Source: Escherichia phage Bf23
Sequence record: OR083247.1
DNA: 64,000 bases
Reading direction: 5' to 3' (one strand)
Part shown: in pieces, positions 37,004 through 46,107 of the stretch
How positions within the stretch are numbered: the stretch's first letter is position 1
How the letters are laid out: the number at the start of each line of letters is the position of its first letter
Made by a program: the position numbers and the translations under genes
The notes under the pieces: model-generated
Told to the model about the DNA's origin: nothing
The model's input: the letters and a program-made list of their open reading frames with translations, nothing else
Database searches by the model: none

Positions 37004-37173
37004 TATTTCATCCCCAATGCTTGGTTAAAAGATTGTTCTGTCATAACTGCTGAGACTTTGGCGAAATCAAACTTTTTAGGGTTCGTAGTGATCTCAGCAA
37101 CGTTGGAAGTTTTAACAGTTTTCGTAGTACGAATACCGCGAGTGTTAACACCAATGACGATCAAGTTCTTCAT
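37003..37173 (-). CDS. small hypothetical protein
   Basis: about 56 codons, RBS 'aggggg', ATGA overlap with the upstream stop; read by hand. Confidence 0.35.
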   Translation of the reverse strand: MKNLIVIGVNTRGIRTTKTVKTSNVAEITTNPKKFDFAKVSAVMTEQSFNQALGMK

Positions 37174-37859
37174 AAACTACCCCCTTTCTGTACTATTGTG
37201 GCCCCCTCTTTCAAGAGGAATTCTTCTGCCTCTTCGGGGGAAATATTAAAGTATTCAGTAGATCCAGCAAATCCACTATAACCACAATTATGACTTTTAA
37301 AATACATATGTGCCTTCTTCTCTAAAGCAAGGGTTTCTGATTTAGAAGAGCTACCATATGTATAGTGGCCATAATACTTAGCTGTGGGATCCCCGGATGC
37401 AGTAATCAAATCCCTTAACCTACGAGCAGGAGAATTAGTAATTCCTATTTTTGTACCTAATGAACTAGTTATTATATAAAGTATCCCACCATCGCTCCAT
37501 ATATTGGAGCACTCAGGGCATCTATTACCCATATTTTTTATGGCACTAAAAGTGGTAATCCATACATGCCCCTTACTACAAGTAAGTTGTAGCTTAGAGT
37601 TATTATTTATATATTTGGTAATGGTGTAATATCCTAAACTACGCAAATATTCAGATACTTGTTCTTGAGTGTACCTAACATTTCCATAGCAGTAGGGACA
37701 ACCTCTTCCGTTCCTAATATTATTTAGGGTAGCATTAAAAACATGTCCATAGGTGCAACAGAACTGCATTTTAGTCCTAGTATTAGTATACTTATCATTA
37801 GTGAATAAGCCTCTACTAACTAGGTAACTCTCTACTTCTTCTTGTGTTAATTTTTTCAT
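37170..37859 (-). CDS. T5orf172-like domain protein with N-terminal Cys-rich zinc-finger repeats
   Basis: 229-aa ORF; 'GGILYIITSSLGTKIGITNSPARRL' shares the YxI...KIGxT...R motif of the T5orf172 paralogs. Confidence 0.5.
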   Translation of the reverse strand: MKKLTQEEVESYLVSRGLFTNDKYTNTRTKMQFCCTYGHVFNATLNNIRNGRGCPYCYGNVRYTQEQVSEYLRSLGYYTITKYINNNSKLQLTCSKGHVWITTFSAIKNMGNRCPECSNIWSDGGILYIITSSLGTKIGITNSPARRLRDLITASGDPTAKYYGHYTYGSSSKSETLALEKKAHMYFKSHNCGYSGFAGSTEYFNISPEEAEEFLLKEGATIVQKGGSL

Positions 37860-37870
37860 TTAATAAATTT

Positions 37871-38338
37871 TTAAGTTTTAGTGACAACAGGTTTATAAAA
37901 CGTATGTCCCTTAATCTTAGTTGTTTTCTTAAACTTCTTTGTCCAGTAAGGTTTATCTTTACCACTATGGAAGTATAAAGCTCCATGTGTAGGATCTTGT
38001 GGTAAATCAACGTAGTATATCACTCTAGCTAAATTCTTGGCGGTTTGCCAAGCCTCATCGGTTTTATCAACTTTTGGCCTCTTAGATACCCAAGAGAACT
38101 GGTTAGACTGATATACTACTTTACAGTAGGAATCTGGAAATTTGCCGGAGTTTACACGGTTTTTAGTAACATGTGCAATCGCCGTCATTCCCTTTATGCC
38201 CTCACCACGACTTTCGAAATAGATATTTTTAGCAATGCAATCTATTTCTTTTGCATCGTGCGATGCCTGACTACTAAAGCTGAAGGTAAGGGCAGCTACT
38301 AAAAGCAAAGCTGCCTTCATTCGTTTTACTCCTGCCAA
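37871..38338 (-). CDS. SleB-like cell-wall hydrolase with signal peptide
   Basis: 155-aa ORF; signal peptide 'MKAALLLVAALTFSFSSQA'; 'AIAHVTKNRVNSGKFP' resembles SleB/Hydrolase_2. Confidence 0.5.
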   Translation of the reverse strand: MAGVKRMKAALLLVAALTFSFSSQASHDAKEIDCIAKNIYFESRGEGIKGMTAIAHVTKNRVNSGKFPDSYCKVVYQSNQFSWVSKRPKVDKTDEAWQTAKNLARVIYYVDLPQDPTHGALYFHSGKDKPYWTKKFKKTTKIKGHTFYKPVVTKT

Positions 38339-38643
38339 TCGTATTCAATACGATTAGGGTTTTCTTTGTACCCCAAGTCAAGCAAATCATTACGCATAGT
38401 TTGCTTAGCTACGGGATTCGAGGTTACTAGTACCACTTTCTTTGGTCTCTGCCCAAATTCTAAGAGTAAACGAAGAATTTGATAACCTTCCATACCATCT
38501 ACAGCCAAATCGTTATCGAAATAAACAAAATGGCCAGTGGTATCAGTCTTATTCAGAAACTCAACAGCGGCTTCTGGGGTTCGAATGATAATGTCCATTC
38601 CGTGAAGATTACGCACATCATCAATCAAAATGTGAAAAGTCAT
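38326..38643 (-). CDS. hypothetical protein
   Basis: 105-aa ORF. Confidence 0.45.
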   Translation of the reverse strand: MTFHILIDDVRNLHGMDIIIRTPEAAVEFLNKTDTTGHFVYFDNDLAVDGMEGYQILRLLLEFGQRPKKVVLVTSNPVAKQTMRNDLLDLGYKENPNRIEYDWQE

Positions 38644-38673
38644 AATAGCCTCGTTTCATCAATTTAAAAATAT

Positions 38674-38702
38674 ATTATACAGAGAACTTAATAAATTAGC
38701 AA
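38674..38702 (-). promoter_or_regulatory. T5-type early promoter (-35 TTGCTA, -10 TATAAT)
   Basis: conserved cassette. Confidence 0.55.
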
Positions 38703-39085
38703 ATACATTTTTAAATTGTGAAACTAGTAAACCGATAAACAGCCTAGAGGCGCCACAGGCCATATCTTACGAGCCATGTACCTTTGATCTAGGGTTTGAA
38801 TCATCAACGAATACTTTGCATCTTTTAGCTTTAGAAGTTTAGAAGTTTGAGTTCTTTAAACTTTTCAGCTTTCATACTTAAATGTTGATCTTTGAAGTTG
38901 TGTCGGTAATATCAACGACTCTTTGTTTTTACGTGTCAGATTAAATGTCTGATGTAATAAACATAATCTCCAATAGATTATACTTTATAGTATGGTTAGC
39001 GGTCTTATTTAACCTCGTATTTCAACCGCTGCTGCGAGGTAAGATGCTTGGGCTTTCGTCTACCGATTTACTAGCTTTTAAATTA

Positions 39086-39724
39086 TTACTCTACTTCAAT
39101 GAAAGTAGAGGCGTTAGACTCGGACAGAACAAAATCAACATTTGTTGCAAAGTCCTGGTATTCCTCGTCATGCTGTTTAATCAGCTTCTCCAGTTCCAGC
39201 GGATCAATCAAGAATGGAGTATTCTTGAGTTCCAACAGGTTGAGCTGCATTTTAACTTCATCTTCGGAAGTTTTCTTATCGCGGGTAGCCATGCTATCCT
39301 GCAAACGCTCATATTTAGCATCAAACTGTGCTTTCTGCGTATTAAACTTAACCGTAGCGGCATGGAACTGCTTACGCATATTAGCCAGCAACTGAGCTTT
39401 AAGCTCCATAGAACGTTTAGCTTCAATTGCTTCTGCAACAGTCATTTTACGAGAACCAATCTCAACGATTGTTTCCGCATTGCTCTTAATCAAAGCAGCT
39501 TTGATTCGGTCACGCTGGGACATCATATCCAGCAGAGACTGGAAATCTGTCTTAATACGATTAGACAGATCTTCTACTTCGATTGCAGCGCCAACTACAA
39601 CCTGGTTTTTATCCTTACCCTCACCAACAGCGATCAGAAGCTGTTGTTCAGTAGCTTTACGGATTTTAGCTTCCAGAGATTTGATGGTTGCCAGAGCACG
39701 AGTTTTAGAAATACGAGTGGTCAT
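39086..39724 (-). CDS. coiled-coil protein
   Basis: 212-aa ORF with RBS, co-oriented with neighbours. Confidence 0.5.
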   Translation of the reverse strand: MTTRISKTRALATIKSLEAKIRKATEQQLLIAVGEGKDKNQVVVGAAIEVEDLSNRIKTDFQSLLDMMSQRDRIKAALIKSNAETIVEIGSRKMTVAEAIEAKRSMELKAQLLANMRKQFHAATVKFNTQKAQFDAKYERLQDSMATRDKKTSEDEVKMQLNLLELKNTPFLIDPLELEKLIKQHDEEYQDFATNVDFVLSESNASTFIEVE

Positions 39725-39776
39725 TGTTTCTTCCTTATATGAAGTTTAAGATTTGAATTTATTTAAAGTTGGCCTA

Positions 39777-39959
39777 TTACAGACCCATTGCCAGTAAGGT
39801 ACGCAGAACAGTATCTTTACTGTTATCAATTTTAGGGTTAGCACGATTTAGCAGATCAAAGATTTTCTGGACACCTGATTGACGTTCAACCATACGACGG
39901 ATACCCAGATTACGAGTAGCTTTCTTACCATTTTTACGAACATTTTTAGATACTGGCAT
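39777..39959 (-). CDS. small basic protein
   Basis: 60-aa Lys/Arg-rich ORF. Confidence 0.4.
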   Translation of the reverse strand: MPVSKNVRKNGKKATRNLGIRRMVERQSGVQKIFDLLNRANPKIDNSKDTVLRTLLAMGL

Positions 39960-39999
39960 ATTTGTTTTCCTTTTATTGTTTTCTCAAATTTATGAATAT

Positions 40000-40028
40000 A
40001 TTATACAGAATTTTGGAGCCGGAAGCAA
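40000..40028 (-). promoter_or_regulatory. T5-type early promoter (-35 TTGCTT, -10 TATAAT)
   Basis: conserved cassette. Confidence 0.55.
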
Positions 40029-40029
40029 A

Positions 40030-40731
40030 TCAAATTTTCATTTTTTCGATCATAGCTGCAACACAATAGCTCTCAACTAAGGCATCAAATGCTGGGTCGT
40101 GCTTAACCGGATAGATTCCATAACGAATGGTGTCCATCTTCTCCATCTTAGCTTTTGCCCAGCTAATCCCCTCTGCTTCTAGGTCTTTGTAACTATAACC
40201 AGCCTGCATCCAGAGATTGCGGAGAGATCGAACATTACCCAAATTCCAGAATTTCCACGGAATTATTTCCTCATGGGTTCCAGCATGAAACGTATTTGCA
40301 GAATAGATAGTCATATCAAATTCTGGGCCATTACCGTAGTATAGAGCATTTTCACCTAGAGCCAACTCCATAATGTTTTTAGCCATAGAATAAGCTGCAT
40401 AGTTAGAGCCGAGCTTATTAGTACAGTGATGTTTACCGTCTTGAAAAGCAATCAGCTTTGGATTGCATTCCTTCATAGCTTCCATAATATGTAGAGCTGA
40501 TGGGCTATTTTTAGCTTGATCCATCCAGAATGCTAGGGTAGATGCCGTAACTTTAGCTCCAGAATTAAGCTGATCTTGTACATCCAAAGTAACAAACACT
40601 AGATCAGGATCTTTATCAATTCCATGCATAGCCACAAAAGCGAAAGAAGGCATTACGATATGAGTAGTACCGCAATCTCCCGGAGTTCCTAGAGATTCAA
40701 TATCTAACATACCAAATGGTTTTACTTTCAT
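40030..40731 (-). CDS. putative DnaQ-like 3'-5' exonuclease
   Basis: 233-aa ORF; Exo I-like 'MLDIESLGT' and Exo III-like 'HDPAFDA'; weak assignment. Confidence 0.4.
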   Translation of the reverse strand: MKVKPFGMLDIESLGTPGDCGTTHIVMPSFAFVAMHGIDKDPDLVFVTLDVQDQLNSGAKVTASTLAFWMDQAKNSPSALHIMEAMKECNPKLIAFQDGKHHCTNKLGSNYAAYSMAKNIMELALGENALYYGNGPEFDMTIYSANTFHAGTHEEIIPWKFWNLGNVRSLRNLWMQAGYSYKDLEAEGISWAKAKMEKMDTIRYGIYPVKHDPAFDALVESYCVAAMIEKMKI

Positions 40732-40759
40732 AACTTATCCTTTATTGTGTAGAAAACTA

Positions 40760-40996
40760 TTAAAGAGCTGTCTCTTTAATAGACTCCCACTTCTTGGGGT
40801 CTTTAAAACCAGGAAGCATATCTTCACTAACATCCCAGTTTTCTTCCATAGAAAAGTCTGGCCATTCATTCCAGCTACCTTCTAGCTCTTCATAACAGGT
40901 ATCCATTACCTCATGACTAGAAAGTCGTGTATAATCTCTAGCGGACTTATGAGTGCTAGCACGGTTAAAATCATTCTTTGCTACAAAATTACGCAT
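40760..40996 (-). CDS. hypothetical protein
   Basis: 78-aa ORF. Confidence 0.4.
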   Translation of the reverse strand: MRNFVAKNDFNRASTHKSARDYTRLSSHEVMDTCYEELEGSWNEWPDFSMEENWDVSEDMLPGFKDPKKWESIKETAL

Positions 40997-41037
40997 AGTT
41001 TCTCCGAACTAAGAGGGGCTTTCGCCCCTCTTATCTA

Positions 41038-41553
41038 TTACTTCGCTTTACGTTTACGAGCTGGTTTAGCAGATTTACGAGCAGAATCACCCGTGAACTT
41101 AATGCCTACACCGTAACACAGAGCACGAACATTATCTTTACTATACTCTACGCCAAAGATATTTGGCTTAACAGAACCAAACTGTCCACGAGTATCACGC
41201 AATACATCTGCCGTTGGTTTGCGTTTCTGGTTAACTGCTTTCTCGTAATCTTTCATGGCCATGCCATTACGAGGGAACAATTCTGCTCCAGCATTGAAAC
41301 TCAGTGTTACTGGAACAGATTTGTGACCATAACCCTGTACATAGGTCACAAGGCGGGCTACAGAACGAGTAGCATTCTTAGCCTTCGGCTTTTGACGAAT
41401 CGGAGCCGGATGATTCAGTGCCTGTGCAGCTTGAGCATCAGTAGGGTGCTTGCGCAGGTGGCGTTCCAGACGAGCTTTGCGGTTAGCCTCAGTCTGCGGG
41501 AAAGTTTTAACTGTAGTAGCTGCTTGAGTTTTTGCGTTTTTCTGCTTAGCCAT
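41038..41553 (-). CDS. basic hypothetical protein
   Basis: 171-aa Lys/Arg/Ala-rich ORF. Confidence 0.45.
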   Translation of the reverse strand: MAKQKNAKTQAATTVKTFPQTEANRKARLERHLRKHPTDAQAAQALNHPAPIRQKPKAKNATRSVARLVTYVQGYGHKSVPVTLSFNAGAELFPRNGMAMKDYEKAVNQKRKPTADVLRDTRGQFGSVKPNIFGVEYSKDNVRALCYGVGIKFTGDSARKSAKPARKRKAK

Positions 41554-41591
41554 TATTTGTTTTCCTTTTTGTTTATCAATTTATGAAGTAT

Positions 41592-41620
41592 ATTATACGA
41601 GAATTTGAAGCGTTTAGCAA
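41592..41620 (-). promoter_or_regulatory. T5-type early promoter (-35 TTGCTA, -10 TATAAT)
   Basis: conserved cassette. Confidence 0.55.
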
Positions 41621-41636
41621 ATGAATTTTTTAAAAA

Positions 41637-41915
41637 TTATCTGCCGACCAGCTTAGCTTGTTCTTCATCAGAAACGTATTGATATGCACCCTTGTTATAC
41701 GCCGGAGCAGTACACATTTTCTTACGCTCAATCTCTTCTTGAGCTTTTCTTTCGCGTTCAGCTAATTCTTCATCCAGATAAACTAAACGTTGTTCTGGAG
41801 GAGGTGGAAGACGTGTTTCTGGCTCACCAATATTAGCCTTTCTTATTTGACGAGGTGATTGTGCACGTTTTCTCAACGGTTTAAATCCTAATGAATTTGA
41901 GTTATAAATTCGCAT
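41637..41915 (-). CDS. hypothetical protein
   Basis: 92-aa ORF. Confidence 0.4.
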   Translation of the reverse strand: MRIYNSNSLGFKPLRKRAQSPRQIRKANIGEPETRLPPPPEQRLVYLDEELAERERKAQEEIERKKMCTAPAYNKGAYQYVSDEEQAKLVGR

Positions 41916-41991
41916 AAAGCCCTCCTCACTTTCAATATGAATATTATACTAAATTAGAGGGCTTTAAGCAAGAAGATTTTTAATTTATTTA

Positions 41992-42468
41992 TCACATCTC
42001 AGCAAGTTCTTGCTCAGTAATAACTGTATTACATAGTGCATCTACAGCTTCATTACCACTAATTCCTGAGTGCCCTTTTACCTTAATAAAAGTAGGATTA
42101 GTATTGTGGAAGTTAATGTATTGCTGAGTTAATTTAAATGCTTCTTGCCAAAGCTCTAGATTAAGAGGGATTTCACCATCTGCTTTCTTCCAGCCTTTCC
42201 TCTGCCAAGAAAACATCCAACTTTCCATACCATTTTTGCAATAAGCAGAATCAGTATAGATAACAATTGGTCTATTATCTTTTTTAACTGACCAACGTAG
42301 AGCCTCTACAATAGCCGTGAGTTCCATCTCATTATTTGTAGTTTTAGGACTATATCCAGATTTAGAACCTAGACGATCGTCGTTATCATCATAGACAATA
42401 AAACCCCAAGCACCTAAACCCGGATTGCCTTTACATGCACCATCTGTATATATATGAAATGTACTCAT
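41992..42468 (-). CDS. rnh: ribonuclease H
   Basis: 158-aa ORF; 'IYTDGACKGNPG', 'TNNEMELTAIVEAL', 'IYTDSAY' are RNase HI hallmarks. Confidence 0.7.
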   Translation of the reverse strand: MSTFHIYTDGACKGNPGLGAWGFIVYDDNDDRLGSKSGYSPKTTNNEMELTAIVEALRWSVKKDNRPIVIYTDSAYCKNGMESWMFSWQRKGWKKADGEIPLNLELWQEAFKLTQQYINFHNTNPTFIKVKGHSGISGNEAVDALCNTVITEQELAEM

Positions 42469-43010
42469 CTATTAAGTTCCTCTAATGTAGGATAATAGTT
42501 ATTATAAAATGTTTCTTCTACAGCATCTTTACCATGTAACTCATGTCGCAAGGTATTTGCTTTTAATACGGCGTTCTCTAAATCTAGATATTCGAATATT
42601 CCACCATAAATATTCTTACCCTCACAATTTATTATCTGTACTTGCCACTTTTGTAGCTGTTTATTCCAATGTACTCCTAAGTACCCTGATTTGCTAGAGG
42701 CAGTGCAGTTTCTATTATTAATTTGACTAGTAGATTCTCTTAAATTTTTCCATCTATTATCTGACCGTATACGATTTATATGATCTACTAAGTCAGGAAT
42801 ACTTCCTGTCATATACAGAAATGCCAGTCTATGGGCTAGATAATCTACCTTATCTATTTTTATAGTTATATAACCATCTTTTCTTAAATAGCCAGCAACT
42901 GCTCCGGCTTTACCTCCCCTACCTCTACTTATTTTATTAGTAAATATTCCAGTATCGGGATCATAATTTAGAAGTTCTTTTAATCTCTCTAGTGTCGGTT
43001 GTTTACTCAT
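42465..43010 (-). CDS. HNH endonuclease-like protein
   Basis: 181-aa ORF; 'DHINRIRSDNRWKNL' HNH-like plus AP2-like 'YLGVHWNKQLQKWQV'. Confidence 0.5.
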   Translation of the reverse strand: MSKQPTLERLKELLNYDPDTGIFTNKISRGRGGKAGAVAGYLRKDGYITIKIDKVDYLAHRLAFLYMTGSIPDLVDHINRIRSDNRWKNLRESTSQINNRNCTASSKSGYLGVHWNKQLQKWQVQIINCEGKNIYGGIFEYLDLENAVLKANTLRHELHGKDAVEETFYNNYYPTLEELNR

Positions 43011-43386
43011 CCAACCATCCTATGTCTATACTAAGTAATGCTTTTATTCCTGTAATACCTGTACCATAAGTATTATATCGAATAGCACTTCTGCTCTTTA
43101 CTTCAAGTATATTTTCATGCTCTGTATTTTCTAGAATTTCTGTAGATATACCTAAATATCCTGATTGATCTTCCTCGTCCCAACCCATATCTTCTAGAAG
43201 ATTTAGACGTAATTCTACCTTCTCATCTCCATTGCCTACAGAGTAGTAGTCTTCTAAAGTCCTGAATTTAGAAGTGATAGAGTCTAGTATTAATAATATC
43301 TGTTCCTTAGTAATAGTTTCTTTATCGCCATGCAAGTAATTGGAGTAATTCAGAAGGGCTTGTTCTAATTCAATTTCTTTACTCAT
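43003..43386 (-). CDS. hypothetical protein
   Basis: 127-aa ORF. Confidence 0.4.
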   Translation of the reverse strand: MSKEIELEQALLNYSNYLHGDKETITKEQILLILDSITSKFRTLEDYYSVGNGDEKVELRLNLLEDMGWDEEDQSGYLGISTEILENTEHENILEVKSRSAIRYNTYGTGITGIKALLSIDIGWLDE

Positions 43387-43485
43387 TTTATTATCCTTTT
43401 GTACTTATTGAGTATATTATACTTAAAATTTCACTAAATAAGCAAATGAAATTTTAAATATAATAGCCCCGAAGGGCTATTTAAT

Positions 43486-44325
43486 TTAAGAGGACATTTT
43501 AGCTTTAAGAGCTGGATGAGGATCATACCCCTCTAAATGGAATGACCAAGCTGCTGTATTATTTTCTAATAAATCGTAAAGATCTACAAACTCTGGCATT
43601 ACTAGAGTTGGCAGAGGGCGTGGCTTGCGTTTTACCTGTTCTTCTACCTGTTCCATGTGGTCATTATAGATATGAGTATCACCGCCACTAAAGATAAGAT
43701 AACGAGGTTTTAATCCTGTCAGTTTTGCTAATATATGCGTTAATAAAGCATAACTAGCAATATTGAAAGGTAAACCGAGGAAACAATCCACAGAACGTTG
43801 TGTCCATTTAAGATCTAGGTATCCATCGTTACTTACATAGCACTGGAAGCCGTAGTGACAGGGTGGTAATGCCATTTTATCAAGTTCAGCTACGTTCCAT
43901 GCAGAAACTAGATGTCTGCGGCCATGAGGATTATTCTTGAGTCCTTCAATAAGTTCTAGAATCTGATCTCGCCCACCAAAGTTGCGCCACTGTTTACCAT
44001 ATACTGGTCCTAGATTACCCTTATCATACCCCATACTTATAGCTTGGTCTTCATAATTTGGAGTCCAGATGGTCCACTGTCCTTCGTCACGACCAAATGT
44101 GAATACACGTAGATCATGGAGATTTGTGGAACCAGACAAGAACCATAAGAGTTCTCCTACTACTGATTTCCAGGCCAGGCGTTTAGTAGTTACAGCCGGG
44201 AATCCCTCACGTAGGTCGAACTTAGCATAGGAATCAAAAATCGAAACTGTGCCCGTTCCTGTACGATCGTTACGTGGTTCACCTAGTAAAATTACATCTG
44301 TCAAAATTTTTAAGTATTGTTGCAT
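43486..44325 (-). CDS. thyA: thymidylate synthase
   Basis: 279-aa ORF; 'RNDRTGTGT', 'LPPCH', 'GDTHIY'. Confidence 0.8.
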   Translation of the reverse strand: MQQYLKILTDVILLGEPRNDRTGTGTVSIFDSYAKFDLREGFPAVTTKRLAWKSVVGELLWFLSGSTNLHDLRVFTFGRDEGQWTIWTPNYEDQAISMGYDKGNLGPVYGKQWRNFGGRDQILELIEGLKNNPHGRRHLVSAWNVAELDKMALPPCHYGFQCYVSNDGYLDLKWTQRSVDCFLGLPFNIASYALLTHILAKLTGLKPRYLIFSGGDTHIYNDHMEQVEEQVKRKPRPLPTLVMPEFVDLYDLLENNTAAWSFHLEGYDPHPALKAKMSS

Positions 44326-44858
44326 TAATAAGTAACCAATTCCTGTACAAATCGCAGGCTGTTATCACTGTTTGCGCCAGTTGCGTAAACTAAACGAGTA
44401 GATTCATAGTTGTAATCTAGAATCGTATTATCCAGATGTACATCTGCCTCTAGTTTTTGATCACTAAAGATTGTGGATACAAAAGCACTTTCAATATGTC
44501 CATGAATATACATTTCTAGAAGAAGGTTAGCCCCACCTAGAACTACTGTCTGCTGATCTTTCAGAAATGTAGGTAAAGCATCCCCAATCTTAGAAATTGG
44601 AGTGTAAATATCATGTGTAATATCGTCTGGCAGTGGACGATCAGCACGAATAAATAGGTCAGAAGCTCCAATCATACGTTCTCTAACGGCGTATGGAAGA
44701 GCTAAATAAGTACCCGCACCAATGATGATGTTATCTGGATTCAACACGTCCAGTTGAGAATAGAAAGCATCTAGTTCTTCTTTGAAGGAACCCCATGGAA
44801 GTTTACCGCGGAGGCCGAACTCCCCATTCGGCCCAACTGCATACATTGCTGTAATCAT
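44325..44858 (-). CDS. frd: dihydrofolate reductase
   Basis: 177-aa ORF adjacent to thyA; DHFR-like N-terminus. Confidence 0.6.
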   Translation of the reverse strand: MITAMYAVGPNGEFGLRGKLPWGSFKEELDAFYSQLDVLNPDNIIIGAGTYLALPYAVRERMIGASDLFIRADRPLPDDITHDIYTPISKIGDALPTFLKDQQTVVLGGANLLLEMYIHGHIESAFVSTIFSDQKLEADVHLDNTILDYNYESTRLVYATGANSDNSLRFVQELVTY

Positions 44859-46000
44859 AAGAAATCTCCAAATTCATTACCTAGATCTTTCAGAGTATCA
44901 GCAGAGGTCTCAGTTACCTGACCTACACGGTAAGCTGCACCAATCTGGATTTCTTGCGGAGCAGGCTGTAGAGAAGTAGTATCCAACCAGTTCATGATCC
45001 ATGGAATAGGGTTTTTGGTGATTACTGGTAAGTGACTAGGCCATTCTACACCGATGTGCATAAATGCATTACGCCCCACAAAGTACAGATATTCTTCTAG
45101 AAGTTCTGCATTCAAGCCAATCAGACTACGACCTTTGAAAATGAAATGACCCCATTCAATTTCAGTTTTCAGAGTTTTCAGGAGCTGTGCTGGTGCTTTA
45201 GCCACTGCTTCATCTACCAGATCTTTGTCAAACTGCTGGAACATAATCTGGATGATTGCTTTAGACATCTGAGTGTGCAGAGCTTCATCTTTAGCGATTA
45301 ATTGCAGATTTTTAGCAATACCTTGCAGAATATCGTTCTCTGCTAATGCAAAGGTACATGCAAAGGATGCGTAAAACTGCATTGCTTCCAGACCATAGAT
45401 CGCAAAGTAAGCGTCTAATAGCTTAGCCTGAGTTTCACGTTTAACCTCAGGGAACTCAGTTTCTGGATATGTATTGTCGCCACGATGATCGCGTACTGCG
45501 ATGAAATACTGACCTAACTGGTACAGTTCATCGAATAGTTCAACAGAATCAGCGATGCGTGCGAATGCTTCTTGGTTTTTGGTTACAGAATCAATAAATT
45601 CTGCTGGATCAGTCAGAACATTACGAATAATATTGCTATAAGCACGACTATGCAGGTCTTCAAAATAGCTCCACTGTTTGAGCATACCTTCCAGTTCTGG
45701 ACGACTTACAAGCGGCATAATAGCTGCTTCAGGGGCACGACTGATAAAGGAATCAGTTTGAGTCTGCCATGCTAAGTTCAGGAGTGTGATTTCCTGGATT
45801 TCACGTGGGAGATTGGGCCATTGTTTCTTATCTGCTTCCAGACTGATTTCAGTTTCAGTCCAAAATTGAGAGCGTTGCAGAAGTGCCAGACGTTCTAGTT
45901 CTGGATGTGCTACACGTACATAATCTGCGATACCTAGAGAATCGCCCAGGAAAAGATCAGCGTTAGTATGATCCCAATTCAGGTTTAGTAAAGTAGTCAT
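44855..46000 (-). CDS. nrdB: ribonucleotide reductase class Ia, beta subunit
   Basis: 381-aa ORF; 'AEFIDSV', 'KDEALH' di-iron/tyrosyl-radical-type motifs. Confidence 0.75.
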   Translation of the reverse strand: MTTLLNLNWDHTNADLFLGDSLGIADYVRVAHPELERLALLQRSQFWTETEISLEADKKQWPNLPREIQEITLLNLAWQTQTDSFISRAPEAAIMPLVSRPELEGMLKQWSYFEDLHSRAYSNIIRNVLTDPAEFIDSVTKNQEAFARIADSVELFDELYQLGQYFIAVRDHRGDNTYPETEFPEVKRETQAKLLDAYFAIYGLEAMQFYASFACTFALAENDILQGIAKNLQLIAKDEALHTQMSKAIIQIMFQQFDKDLVDEAVAKAPAQLLKTLKTEIEWGHFIFKGRSLIGLNAELLEEYLYFVGRNAFMHIGVEWPSHLPVITKNPIPWIMNWLDTTSLQPAPQEIQIGAAYRVGQVTETSADTLKDLGNEFGDFL

Positions 46001-46031
46001 TGATTTTCCTCTTTCTCACTATTTCAGGAAT

Positions 46032-46060
46032 ATTATAGCAAATCAGGTAGCGATTAGCAA
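46032..46060 (-). promoter_or_regulatory. T5-type early promoter upstream of nrdB
   Basis: conserved cassette; palindromic hairpin at 46081-46098 between nrdA and nrdB. Confidence 0.5.
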
Positions 46061-46107
46061 GTAAAATTTCAAAGAAAAAGGAGACCCGAAGATCTCCTTG
46101 TTTTTTA

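Noticed and set aside
38945-39742. 265-aa plus-strand ORF
   Set aside because: It is the antisense of the minus-strand coiled-coil gene 39086-39724, which has an RBS and operon context; the plus ORF is Leu/Phe-rich low-complexity, typical of antisense reading.
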